64,000 nt of DNA from Cyanobacteriota bacterium (GTDB lineage Bacteria; Cyanobacteriota; Cyanobacteriia; Cyanobacteriales; Nostocaceae), in the NCBI GenBank assembly GCA_046045965.1, contig JBJOKS010000009.1:64001-128000 (forward strand). Reading direction: 5' to 3'. A program made the position numbers and the translations under genes. The notes below the pieces were generated by a model, which worked only from the letters and a program-made list of their open reading frames with translations, was not told the origin of the DNA and made no database searches. Shown here in pieces: positions 29,287-39,119 of the stretch. Every line of letters begins with the position of its first letter. Within the stretch, counting starts at the first letter, position 1.

Positions 29287-30576
29287 ATGAACAAAAAAGC
29301 CATTGCCACTGTTTTAATAACAGCAACTATCACAGGTGTAGGATTAATATCTATTATCCCCCTGATGAAAGCAGAAACTCCAGTGAAAATTATCTCTAAT
29401 CAAAGTGCAGAAGGTTATTATAATCGCGGAGATGCTTACTATAAACAAGAGAAATATCCAGAAGCTCTTGCTGATTTTAACCAAGCTATCAGTATTGATA
29501 AAAACTATGCCCAAGCCTATGTAGGACGGGGTAATGTATACAATAAACAAGAGAAATATCCAGAAGCTCTTGCTGAGTTTAATAAAGCTCTGAAAATTAA
29601 TCCCAACTTAGCAGAGGCTTATGTAGGTCGGGGTAATGTTTACACTAATCTAAAAAAATATGTAGAAGCAATAGTTGAACATAATCGAGCTATTCAGATT
29701 GATGAAAATTATGCACGAGCTTACAATGGTCGTGGAGTTACTTACATACGACAAGGAAAATATGCAGAAGCGATGGCTAATTTTAATAAAGCTATTAAAT
29801 TTGATCCTAAATTAAAAGAAGCTTACTTAAATCGGGGAATTGTTTACTTTTTACAAGACAAAGATGCAGAAGCAATTGCTGAATATGATCTAGCTATAAA
29901 GATTGATAAAAACTACGCACTAGCTTACTACTTACGGGGTAATGTTTACTCTCATCAAAATAAATATACACAAGCCATTAGTGAATACACTCAAGCTATT
30001 CAGATTAAGTCTAACTATCCAGAAGCTTACATTCGTCGTGGGTTAGCTTATTCCTCACAAAACAAATATCCAGAAGCAATTTCTGATTACACTCAAGCTA
30101 TTAAGTTTAAGCCCAACTCTACATTCGCTTACGATGGTCGTGGGTCAGCTTATATAGCACAACGAAAATTTTCAGAAGCTCTTGCTGATTTCAATCAAGC
30201 TATTAAAATTGATAAAAACTATCTTGAAGCCTATACTGGTCGAGGATTAGTTTATTTTTTACAAAAAAAATATCCAGAAGCAATTGCTGAATATAACCAA
30301 GCTCTTCAGATTGATAAAAATGATGCACTGGCTTACATTAGTCGGGGAGAGGTTTATAAAGAGCAAAGAAAATATACAGAAGCAATCACTGATTTCAAGC
30401 GAGCTATTGAAATTGATCCTAAATCTGCAATTGCTTATCACAATCGGGGTTTTATTTACGCCATAATAGGAAATCCAAAAGCCATTCAAGATTTACAAAA
30501 AGCTAAAGAATTATATCTACAACAGGGAAATATATTCGAGGCTGAAGAAGTACAGCAATTGTTAAATGGATTGTAA
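29287..30576 (+). CDS. exported TPR-repeat protein (about 11 TPRs)
   Basis: 34-aa AYxxRG...YPEAIA repeats; likely start MNKKAIAT at 29287, because the track start at 29134 lies inside the repeat. Confidence 0.9.
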   Translation: MNKKAIATVLITATITGVGLISIIPLMKAETPVKIISNQSAEGYYNRGDAYYKQEKYPEALADFNQAISIDKNYAQAYVGRGNVYNKQEKYPEALAEFNKALKINPNLAEAYVGRGNVYTNLKKYVEAIVEHNRAIQIDENYARAYNGRGVTYIRQGKYAEAMANFNKAIKFDPKLKEAYLNRGIVYFLQDKDAEAIAEYDLAIKIDKNYALAYYLRGNVYSHQNKYTQAISEYTQAIQIKSNYPEAYIRRGLAYSSQNKYPEAISDYTQAIKFKPNSTFAYDGRGSAYIAQRKFSEALADFNQAIKIDKNYLEAYTGRGLVYFLQKKYPEAIAEYNQALQIDKNDALAYISRGEVYKEQRKYTEAITDFKRAIEIDPKSAIAYHNRGFIYAIIGNPKAIQDLQKAKELYLQQGNIFEAEEVQQLLNGL

Positions 30577-30608
30577 GAGGATGTTTTAAAAGTATCAGAA
30601 TTAATCAA

Positions 30609-30645
30609 GATCCCCCCAACCCCCCTTACAAAGGGGGGCTAAATT
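30609..30645. repeat. half copy of the GATCCCCC element, identical to 25667-25703
   Basis: GATCCCCCCAACCCCCCTTACAAAGGGGGGCTAAATT at both positions. Confidence 0.85.
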
Positions 30646-30819
30646 CTTCTTTAGCATTGCTTTACCCCTACCCATGCTGATTAATCAGATAAGTGTGAGA
30701 AAAAAATCACCTTTTGAGGAACTTGATAATAAACTTGTGAAAATTTTCTCAACTTTGCAAACATCACCATAAAAGCTATTAAGATACAACTAAAGCTTAG
30801 TTCAGGAATTAAAAACATC

Positions 30820-31365
30820 ATGAATAAAAAACTGCTTACAACTGCTTTAATTACCGCATCTTTTGTAGTTATGGGAGCGATATTTCCCATTTCTGAAAGC
30901 AAAGCCGAATCTGATGTTAAGTTTATCTGCGGAAAAAGTTATGACCGACAGACAGCTAATAAAAATAAACGTTTACCGACAACCTTTGCTTGGACTAGCA
31001 GAGGTAAAACCGCCATTGTTCGCTGGGAAAAAAACTTTGGTAAATATTCTCCTGAAGAACGTTGTAAGTCAGTAGCTCCCCGGTTTCAAGAAGCTTATGA
31101 TAATGGGACTTTACAGATGATTACTAATGGTAAAGTGAATGGTCAACCTGTAATTTGTGCAGTTCGGGAATATGGAGATTCTTGTCAAACTGTGTTAATG
31201 ACATTGCGTCAAAAAGACAATCCTATCCAAATGCTGAACGACTTAAAAGACACTCTTAATGGTCGTGGTGTAGGTCCAGTTAAAAATAGTTCTGGGACTC
31301 CTCAAATTTACTATCAAGTCAATATGGATGAGTTTCTGCGTAACGCTCCTATAGAAAAGGAGTAA
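30820..31365 (+). CDS. COP23 domain protein (exported), paralogue 2
   Basis: Colinear with 25781..26320 (LPTTFAW, SSGTPQIYY, EFLRNAP). Confidence 0.85.
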   Translation: MNKKLLTTALITASFVVMGAIFPISESKAESDVKFICGKSYDRQTANKNKRLPTTFAWTSRGKTAIVRWEKNFGKYSPEERCKSVAPRFQEAYDNGTLQMITNGKVNGQPVICAVREYGDSCQTVLMTLRQKDNPIQMLNDLKDTLNGRGVGPVKNSSGTPQIYYQVNMDEFLRNAPIEKE

Positions 31366-31390
31366 CAAAAAAATATTTATTCCCTCTTTT

Positions 31391-31903
31391 TTGCAAATGA
31401 AAAAATTTTGTTTATCGCTGTTGGTAATTAACACATTTTTATTCTCTGTCAATTCACAATTATCAACAGCTATTTCTCCTCCTATAAACACCATTCAACA
31501 ACTAGAAAATAACTCAGATTCACAGCTAGATTTTAACACAAATGAGATGCAAATTATTGGAGATGAAATTCTGCTTAGTGAAAACTTGCAAAATCAACTA
31601 GAAACGGAAATATTAGAAGCTCAAAAAGAACTAGATAGATTATCTGCAAGTTTATCAATTCAATTTAATGACGATGTAGGGATTGTTTATTTTCACAAAG
31701 GACGGAACAATTGGGAGATTAAATTTACCTTTGGAGGATTGGTTTTAAATCAACCGCCAAAAATGATATTATCTATCAAAGAAATCTTTGCGTTAAAGGA
31801 GAGTTTTAATCAAATAAAATGGATAGAAGTTAAAGGTAAAAAATACGCCACAACTGGTTTAATGAGACAGATGGGACCGATATTACATAAAGAGGAATCA
31901 TGA
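31391..31903 (+). CDS. hypothetical exported protein
   Basis: MKKFCLSLLVINTFLF signal-like N-terminus; no recognised domain. Confidence 0.6.
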   Translation: MQMKKFCLSLLVINTFLFSVNSQLSTAISPPINTIQQLENNSDSQLDFNTNEMQIIGDEILLSENLQNQLETEILEAQKELDRLSASLSIQFNDDVGIVYFHKGRNNWEIKFTFGGLVLNQPPKMILSIKEIFALKESFNQIKWIEVKGKKYATTGLMRQMGPILHKEES

Positions 31904-31916
31904 CAATCAAAATTCT

Positions 31917-32210
31917 TTAATCTTCATCACATTGTTCAACTAGCTGTGATCCATGTATAACAGCAAGAATATCAATTTGCTCAGATTTAATATAATAGAT
32001 AATGCGATAAGCTCCTTCAATAACTTCTCTAATTTGTTTGTTATCAAATTCTGGAGCAATGCGACCCGAAAAAGGAAATTGAGAAATTTGTTGAGAACGT
32101 CTTGTAATCCTATCAACTATTCTTTGAGCATATTGGGAAGAATTTTGACCAATATAAATATAAATTGCTGAAAGATGCTCAATTGCTGTATCAGTCCAAA
32201 AAATCTTCAT
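31917..32210 (-). CDS. RelE/ParE family type II toxin
   Basis: MKIFWTDTA...FPFSGR..PE...IREVIEGAYRIIY...ILAVIHG. Confidence 0.88.
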   Translation of the reverse strand: MKIFWTDTAIEHLSAIYIYIGQNSSQYAQRIVDRITRRSQQISQFPFSGRIAPEFDNKQIREVIEGAYRIIYYIKSEQIDILAVIHGSQLVEQCDED

Positions 32211-32395
32211 GGTAATAATCCGAATTTCTCCCGTACTTCTTCAACTGTTTTGACCTTACCAGCTTCACTATCTGCTAAACCTGCTTCTATTGCTTGTCTG
32301 ACATAAATTTGATACATTAGGTCATCCCAAGTTGAATTTTCTGGAAGTTGCTGAATTAAGCGTTGTGCTTCTTGCTTGATATTTCTAATAGGCAT
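32207..32395 (-). CDS. cognate antitoxin
   Basis: 62 aa; LPENSTWDDLMYQIYVRQAIEAGLAD..AG; 4-bp overlap with the toxin. Confidence 0.8.
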   Translation of the reverse strand: MPIRNIKQEAQRLIQQLPENSTWDDLMYQIYVRQAIEAGLADSEAGKVKTVEEVREKFGLLP

Positions 32396-32583
32396 ACAAT
32401 TTTCCTCAATATAGCCTCACTAATTATAATAACGTAAGTTGCGAGTTAAGCAAGTACAAAATTGATTTACTTTCCCTATGCAATGAGAGGGTTTTATTGC
32501 TATCCTCTATAGGAGTTTTTTAGGGGTTTAGCAATGCGAAACCCCTACAGATGTTAATAATTGATGATAAAATCGTCATCTTA

Positions 32584-32624
32584 ATCCTGCAAATCCTTAA
32601 ATCCTGGAAATCCTGATTCAGACA
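32584..32624 (-). repeat. AGGAT-periodic dispersed repeat
   Basis: Reverse complement TGTCTGAATCAGGATTTCCAGGATTTAAGGATTTGCAGGAT. Confidence 0.8.
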
Positions 32625-32629
32625 ATAAT

Positions 32630-35600
32630 ATGTCAACAAATAATTATTATCAAATAGGTGGAAGTTTAACTTATGCTAATCGCACCTATGTTGTACGTGA
32701 AGCTGATAAACAACTATTTGAACTTTTAAACGCAGGTGAATATTGTTTTATTTTAAACTCCCGACAAATGGGAAAATCGAGTTTACGAGTTAAAACTGGT
32801 AAAAAACTCCGTTCCCAAGGCGTTAAATGTACCTTCATTGATATGACTCTCATTGGTACTCATGTCACTAAAGAACAATGGTATAAAGGTATAGCATATC
32901 AAATATTAGATGGGTTAGAATTAGATACAGAATTAGATTTTACTACTTGGTGGAAACAGCACGAATATTTAACAGAAATCCAACGGTTAAAACATTTAAT
33001 GGAATCGGTAATTTTTGTTAAACTATCCCAAAATATAGTAATTTTTCTCGATGAAATTGACAGCATTATTAAAATACCTTTTAAAGATGATTTCTTTGCT
33101 TTTATTCGTGGTTGTTATAACCTCCGGGCTGAAAATTCAGCCTACAAACGATTGAGTTTTTGTTTATTAGGAGTATCTACACCTGCTGATTTAATTCCAG
33201 ATAAAAGACGTACTCCTTTTAATATCGGTCGTTTAATTGAATTAACGGGATTTACTTTTGCTGAAGCTAAAGATGCTTTAATTCCGGGATTACAAGGAAA
33301 AGTAGCCAATCCTGAAGAGATTTTAAAACAAGTTTTATATTGGACAGGAGGACAACCTTTTTTAACTCAAAAATTGTGTAGTTTAATTGTTCAACATCCT
33401 GAAAGTCAAACATTGAATATTGAACAATTAGTTAAAGACTCTATTATTGAAAATTGGGAATCTCAAGATGAACCAGAACATTTAATTACTATTCGCGATC
33501 GCTTGCTATTTGATGAAAATAAAGCTATTCGATTATTAGGATTATATCAGCAAATTTTACTTTCTTCAAATCAAAGTTATCAACATGACATAGGAGTTAT
33601 TTATGCTGATCATAGTCAAGAACAAACAGAGTTAAAACTTTCAGGGTTGGTAGTTAATAAAAATAATCATTTACAAGTATATAATCCCATCTATCAAGCA
33701 GTATTTAATCAAAATTGGATTCAAGATCAATTAAACTCTCTCCGTCCTTATAGTCAAGCAATTAACAAATGGTTAAAATCTCAACGTCAGCCATTTTTAT
33801 TATTAGAAGGTACTGCATTAACTGATGCTCAAAAATGGGCAATTAATAAAAGATTGAGTGATGAAGATTATCAATTTTTAGCTGCTAGTCAAGCCGAACA
33901 AGATAGAAAAATAAATCAGGTTTTAGTAGATGCGAATAAACAAGCCAAGCGGATGATATTGAGAGGAGGTATCACACTTGGTATTACTTCTATGCTATCA
34001 ATTATTTTAGCACTTATAACTACTATCTACACACAGCTACAACTGAAAATCTCTACAGAAACTATCCGCATAGAAAAAGCCGGAGTAAATGCTTTACAAC
34101 AGTTTGAATCTAACCAATTAGATGGTTTAATTTCAGCCATTCAAGCAACTGAAGATTTAAAGAAATTGGTAAATAATGATCATAAATCATTAGCAAATTA
34201 TCCTGCGACTACTCCCATTTCAGCACTGTTTAATATTCTCAACCAAATTAGGGAAAAAAATCAATTAATAGGACATCAAGAACCAGTAAGAAGCGTTGCT
34301 TTTAGTCCAGATAATCAAATAATTGCTTCTGCTAGTGATGATGGTACAATTAAACTTTGGCAACGTGATGGGACATTCATTAAAAATCTGACTGAAGATA
34401 AAAATAAAGTTAATAGTATCAGCTTTAGTCCCAATGGAAAAATGATTGCTGCTGGTTATGATAATGGCACTATCAAGATTTGGCAACGTGATGGTAAGCT
34501 GATTAAAACGTTCAATTATACTAATAATTCTCTCGATAAAAATACAGTTTATAGCATCAGTTTTAGTCCCAATGGAAAAATGATTGCTTCTGGAAGTAAT
34601 GACAATACAATTAAACTGTGGGGACTCGATGGTAAACTTATTAAAACATTTACTGGACATCAACGTTCAGTGTATGCAGTTAGTTTTAGTCCCGATGGTG
34701 AAAAGATTGTTTCTGGTAGTGCAGATCATACAATAAAAATCTGGAATCTCGATGGTACAATTATTACAACTATTAAGAATGATAAAAATCCCATTTATGC
34801 TGTTAGTTTTAGTCCAGACGGTAAAACCATTGCTTCTGGTAATAAGGACAAAACAGTTAAACTTTGGCAACTAGATGGTAAACTAATTAAAACATTTACA
34901 GGACATAAAGAAACAGTAAATACAGTTAATTTTAGTCCCGATGGAAAAATCATTGCTTCAGGAAGTGGAGACAAAACAGTTAAACTTTGGAAATTAGATG
35001 GTACATTAATTAAAACTTTGAGTGGACATCAAGATTCAATTTGGAATGTCAATTTTAGTCAAAATGGAAAAATGCTGGCTTCTGGGAGCTTAGATAAAAC
35101 TATCAAACTTTGGCAACTTCAAGATTTACCAATAACTCATATTCCCGCGCATAAAGATTGGATAACCAGTATTAATTTTAGTCCTGATGGAAAAATAATT
35201 GCTTCTGGAAGTGCAGATGGTAAAGTCAAATTTTGGACAAAGAATGGCAGACTAATTACAGCTATAGATCCTCAGATAATTATCAATTATCTCAAGTTTA
35301 GCCCTGATGGTAAAACCTTATTTATTTTGGATAGTAATAATGGTATTATTAAACAATTTCAACTAGATGGTACAGGGATGAAAACTTTGATGAAAAATAT
35401 TGTTGATCTTCAAAGTGAAATAACCAGTATCAGTCTTAGTTCAGATGCCAAAACTTTAGTTTCTGGTAGTAGTAATGGGACAATTAAACTTTGGCAAAAT
35501 GATGGCAAGATCATCAAGACTTTACCTGGACATAACAGCGAAGTAACCAGCGTGAGTTTTAGTCCAGATGGTCAAACTATTGCTTCTGGTAGTATTGATG

Positions 35601-35938
35601 GTAAAGTTAAAATTTGGCAAAAAGACAGCACAAGCATAATGTTATCTGGACATAACAACAATAAAGTCACCAGTGTTAGTTTCAATGCCAATGGTACAAT
35701 ACTTGCATCTAGCAGTATTGATGGAACAATTAACCTCTGGAAAACCGATGGTACACTAATATTGACTCTTAATACTAAATACGCAATAACAAGTATCAGT
35801 TTCAGTCCAGATAGTCAAACCCTTGTAACTGGAAGTGAAAAAGGTAGTTTGAGTTTATGGAATTTAAATGTCGATAATTTACTTACACAAAGCTACACTT
35901 GGCTAAAAGATTACTTAAAAAATCATCCTCAATCTTGA
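32630..35938 (+). CDS. AAA_35 NTPase + TM helix + WD40 beta-propeller protein
   Basis: NSRQMGKS, IFLDEID and TGGQPFLTQ, one TM segment, about 13 FSPDG...ASGS.D.TIKLW repeats. Confidence 0.92.
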   Translation: MSTNNYYQIGGSLTYANRTYVVREADKQLFELLNAGEYCFILNSRQMGKSSLRVKTGKKLRSQGVKCTFIDMTLIGTHVTKEQWYKGIAYQILDGLELDTELDFTTWWKQHEYLTEIQRLKHLMESVIFVKLSQNIVIFLDEIDSIIKIPFKDDFFAFIRGCYNLRAENSAYKRLSFCLLGVSTPADLIPDKRRTPFNIGRLIELTGFTFAEAKDALIPGLQGKVANPEEILKQVLYWTGGQPFLTQKLCSLIVQHPESQTLNIEQLVKDSIIENWESQDEPEHLITIRDRLLFDENKAIRLLGLYQQILLSSNQSYQHDIGVIYADHSQEQTELKLSGLVVNKNNHLQVYNPIYQAVFNQNWIQDQLNSLRPYSQAINKWLKSQRQPFLLLEGTALTDAQKWAINKRLSDEDYQFLAASQAEQDRKINQVLVDANKQAKRMILRGGITLGITSMLSIILALITTIYTQLQLKISTETIRIEKAGVNALQQFESNQLDGLISAIQATEDLKKLVNNDHKSLANYPATTPISALFNILNQIREKNQLIGHQEPVRSVAFSPDNQIIASASDDGTIKLWQRDGTFIKNLTEDKNKVNSISFSPNGKMIAAGYDNGTIKIWQRDGKLIKTFNYTNNSLDKNTVYSISFSPNGKMIASGSNDNTIKLWGLDGKLIKTFTGHQRSVYAVSFSPDGEKIVSGSADHTIKIWNLDGTIITTIKNDKNPIYAVSFSPDGKTIASGNKDKTVKLWQLDGKLIKTFTGHKETVNTVNFSPDGKIIASGSGDKTVKLWKLDGTLIKTLSGHQDSIWNVNFSQNGKMLASGSLDKTIKLWQLQDLPITHIPAHKDWITSINFSPDGKIIASGSADGKVKFWTKNGRLITAIDPQIIINYLKFSPDGKTLFILDSNNGIIKQFQLDGTGMKTLMKNIVDLQSEITSISLSSDAKTLVSGSSNGTIKLWQNDGKIIKTLPGHNSEVTSVSFSPDGQTIASGSIDGKVKIWQKDSTSIMLSGHNNNKVTSVSFNANGTILASSSIDGTINLWKTDGTLILTLNTKYAITSISFSPDSQTLVTGSEKGSLSLWNLNVDNLLTQSYTWLKDYLKNHPQS

Positions 35939-35959
35939 TAGAATTAGAATTTAAAATTT

Positions 35960-38584
35960 ATGATTTCCCCGGACATACTAACCCAGCGGTTTCGCAACTT
36001 ATGGCAGTCTAAAAAAGGTTTAGCGATATCCTTGATAGGCAACCCTAACGCCGAAGCTTGTATGATTGGGATTGTTGCCGCTTTATCGGCGGTGTTACTC
36101 AAACAAGGTTCAGGATGGTTGGGTACATGGCGAGTTCATAGTACCCAATTTTTACCAGCTTGGCTAACCTTACCCTTAATTGGCATGAGTTTTGGGTTTT
36201 TAGCTGGGTGGTTGGTGCAGAGGTTAGCACCAGAAGCCGCAGGTAGTGGTATTCCTCAAGTTAAAGCCAGTCTCGCCAATATACCAATCAAGTTATCCTG
36301 GCGGGTAGCAGGTATAAAATTACTCAGTGCGATCATTGCCTTGGGTTCGGGTATTACATTAGGAAGACAAGGTCCCACGGTTCAAGTCGGGGCGAGTTTA
36401 GCAGCGGGAATGAGTCGCTGGGTTCCCACTTCCCCAGATCATCGTCGCCAAATGATCGCTGCGGGTGCGGGTGCTGGTTTATCCGCTGCTTTTAACGCCC
36501 CAATTGCCGGGGTATTATTTATTATTGAAGAGTTACTACAAGATGTATCAGGACTAACTTTAGGAACTGCCATTATCGCCTGTTTTATTGGTGGGGTAAT
36601 TTCCCGTTTGTTAGGCGGTGGGAGTTTGGAATTGAACCTAGAATTAATGAACTATTCTAGCCAGTTCTCTCTGCTAGAAATTCCTATTTTTTTAATATTG
36701 GGTATTTTGGCAGGGTTGCTAGGTGCTGTATTTAATCGCGGCTTAATTTTAAGTATTAAAAGTTATCGAAAATTGCATATTAGCTTACCTTTACGAGTAG
36801 CTTTAGCTGGCTTGGTTTCTGGTTTAATTGTGGCTTTACTCCCGGAATATTATCGTGATAATGCTGGTTTGCGGGAGTATATGATTGCTAGTCAACCTAA
36901 TCTTTTTTTGGCAATTATTACTTTTATTTCCCAATTTATTTTAACCTTAATTGCCTTTGGTTCGGGCGCACCTGGGGGATTATTTGCACCTAGTTTGATT
37001 TTAGGTTCTTGTTTAGGTCACATAGTAGGAGTCTGTGAGTTTCAACTTTGGGGTTTAGGTTCTCCTACTACCTACGCTTTAGCAGGAATGGGGGGATTTT
37101 TTAGCGCGGTTTCTAAAGTCCCAATTACAGCTATTGTGATTGTGTTTGAAATGACGACAGATTTCAATTTAGTATTACCTTTAATGATTGTTTCTGTCAC
37201 ATCCTATTTAGTAGCAGATAAGGTAGTACCTGGTTCACTGTATGACAAACTTTTACAATTGAATGGGATTAAAATTCAAAAAAATGCTCCCATAGAAGGA
37301 ATATTAACTCAGTTAACAGCCCAGGATGTGATGCAGCAAAGGGTGGAAACTCTAGATACAGAAATGTCTATAGATGAAGTTATTCAAGCCTTTTCTCGTT
37401 CTCATCATCGAGGTTTTCCGGTGGTTGAAGAAAGCAAGTTAGTAGGAATTGTCACTCAATCAGATTTACAAAATCGTTACTCACCTAACCTTTTTACTTT
37501 AAGGGAAATTATGACACCCGAACCGGTGACAGTTAAACCCAAGCAAACATTAAGTGATGTTTTATATTTATTAGATCGCTATCAAATTAGTCGTTTACCA
37601 GTGGTGGAAAGACAAAAACTAATTGGCATTATTACCCGTGCAGATATAATTCGAGCAGAAGCAGATCATCTTAATTGTGAAAGTGGAGTTTCTGGACCCC
37701 AACCAGAACCTTCTTATGTAGTATACCAAACGCGATCGCCTAATATTGGTAGAGGGAGATTATTAGTCACAGTAGCTAACCCAGAAACAGCAGATACTTT
37801 ATTACAAATGGCTATTACTATTGCTCGCGATCGCCATTATGAATTAGAGTGTTTACAAATTATTTTAGTATCCCGTCATAGTTCCCCATCAGAAACAGAA
37901 GTAAGAACCACAAAAAGTCGTCGTTTACTCAAACACGCGGAAGCTTTAGCCAAAAAATCTCACATTCCCATTCATACACAAATCCGAGTTGCTCATGATG
38001 TTGCCCAAGCGATTTTAGAAACAATCAAAGAACGACACATAGATTTAATTTTCATGGGTTGGAAAGGAAATACTTCTACCCCTGGTAGGATTTTTGGCAC
38101 AGTTGTAGATACCATAATTCGTCAAGCTGCCTGTGATGTTGTCTTGGTAAAATTAGGTAATATTTCCGACTCTAACCATTTTAACCGTTGGTTAGTACCA
38201 ATGGCAGGGGGACCAAATGCACCTATAGCAATTAAATTATTACCGGCTTTAGTCACATTGGGAAATGATGCCGAAATTCGCCTCACTCAAGTTTTTAAAC
38301 CATCAGAATTACAACCAGATATGAAAGTTTTAGAAGAATCTACTCGTCAATTAATGCGTCATCGCAACTTACAGAGTAACGTTATAGCTGAACCTATACA
38401 AGCTAATTCTGTTTGCGAGGGAGTAATTAATTTAGTGAAAACTGAAGGTTATGATGTTGTTGTTTTGGGTGCTTCTCGTGAGGGTTTATTACAACAAGCA
38501 ATTCAAGGTAATATTCCCGAAACTATTGCTTCTGGTATTGAAAGTACAGTAATTTTAGTGAGAGGGGAAATTAATAATTCGTAA
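35960..38584 (+). CDS. ClC chloride channel/antiporter with CBS and USP domains
   Basis: GSGIP, LGRQGP and GGLFAP; CBS pair; two USP-like C-terminal domains. Confidence 0.92.
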   Translation: MISPDILTQRFRNLWQSKKGLAISLIGNPNAEACMIGIVAALSAVLLKQGSGWLGTWRVHSTQFLPAWLTLPLIGMSFGFLAGWLVQRLAPEAAGSGIPQVKASLANIPIKLSWRVAGIKLLSAIIALGSGITLGRQGPTVQVGASLAAGMSRWVPTSPDHRRQMIAAGAGAGLSAAFNAPIAGVLFIIEELLQDVSGLTLGTAIIACFIGGVISRLLGGGSLELNLELMNYSSQFSLLEIPIFLILGILAGLLGAVFNRGLILSIKSYRKLHISLPLRVALAGLVSGLIVALLPEYYRDNAGLREYMIASQPNLFLAIITFISQFILTLIAFGSGAPGGLFAPSLILGSCLGHIVGVCEFQLWGLGSPTTYALAGMGGFFSAVSKVPITAIVIVFEMTTDFNLVLPLMIVSVTSYLVADKVVPGSLYDKLLQLNGIKIQKNAPIEGILTQLTAQDVMQQRVETLDTEMSIDEVIQAFSRSHHRGFPVVEESKLVGIVTQSDLQNRYSPNLFTLREIMTPEPVTVKPKQTLSDVLYLLDRYQISRLPVVERQKLIGIITRADIIRAEADHLNCESGVSGPQPEPSYVVYQTRSPNIGRGRLLVTVANPETADTLLQMAITIARDRHYELECLQIILVSRHSSPSETEVRTTKSRRLLKHAEALAKKSHIPIHTQIRVAHDVAQAILETIKERHIDLIFMGWKGNTSTPGRIFGTVVDTIIRQAACDVVLVKLGNISDSNHFNRWLVPMAGGPNAPIAIKLLPALVTLGNDAEIRLTQVFKPSELQPDMKVLEESTRQLMRHRNLQSNVIAEPIQANSVCEGVINLVKTEGYDVVVLGASREGLLQQAIQGNIPETIASGIESTVILVRGEINNS
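36023..36051. repeat. degenerate 21-nt insertion in a HIP1 site (in frame in ClC)
   Basis: Minus strand GCG+TTAGGGTTGCCTATCAAGGAT+ATCGC; adds SLIGNPN. Confidence 0.6.
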
Positions 38585-38673
38585 ATAAGGCAATAGGGAA
38601 TAGGGTGATGGGGACGTAAATAACCCAATTACCAATTACCAATTACCAATTACCAGCCCAAACAGATATGATT

Positions 38674-38883
38674 TTAATAAAATTTCTGCAACAGTTTATT
38701 AGAAAAGAAAAGTACAAAAACTAACAAACCCAACTGAATTTGCCAAGGTGCTAAAATGAGACTTAAAATCAAAGTAACAGCTGTAAACACGCCGGCAATA
38801 TAAGCAATCTCATTATTTTTCTTGTTCAAAAAATAACCAGTCATTACACCAGTAAATAATGGAATCAGAAAAAATAGAGGCAT
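38674..38883 (-). CDS. small membrane protein
   Basis: 69 aa, hydrophobic, LSLILAPWQIQL. Confidence 0.7.
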   Translation of the reverse strand: MPLFFLIPLFTGVMTGYFLNKKNNEIAYIAGVFTAVTLILSLILAPWQIQLGLLVFVLFFSNKLLQKFY

Positions 38884-39119
38884 TTTACAAAATCCTGAAT
38901 TAACAGCCCAATGGTTGAAATCGATAAATTCAACCTATACTGGGAATAAGAATTGATTATACACTTAAGTATGTTTTCTTGACAATACTTTGTTTAAACT
39001 TAGGATATGAATCGGCTCAGATTAAGGAATCTGGTAGATTATCTGAGTTTCCTGGCTTTTACTGGCATATTGATCCAGCATATTACCTTTTTAAGTAGCA
39101 TTTTTAACTGAAATACTCA

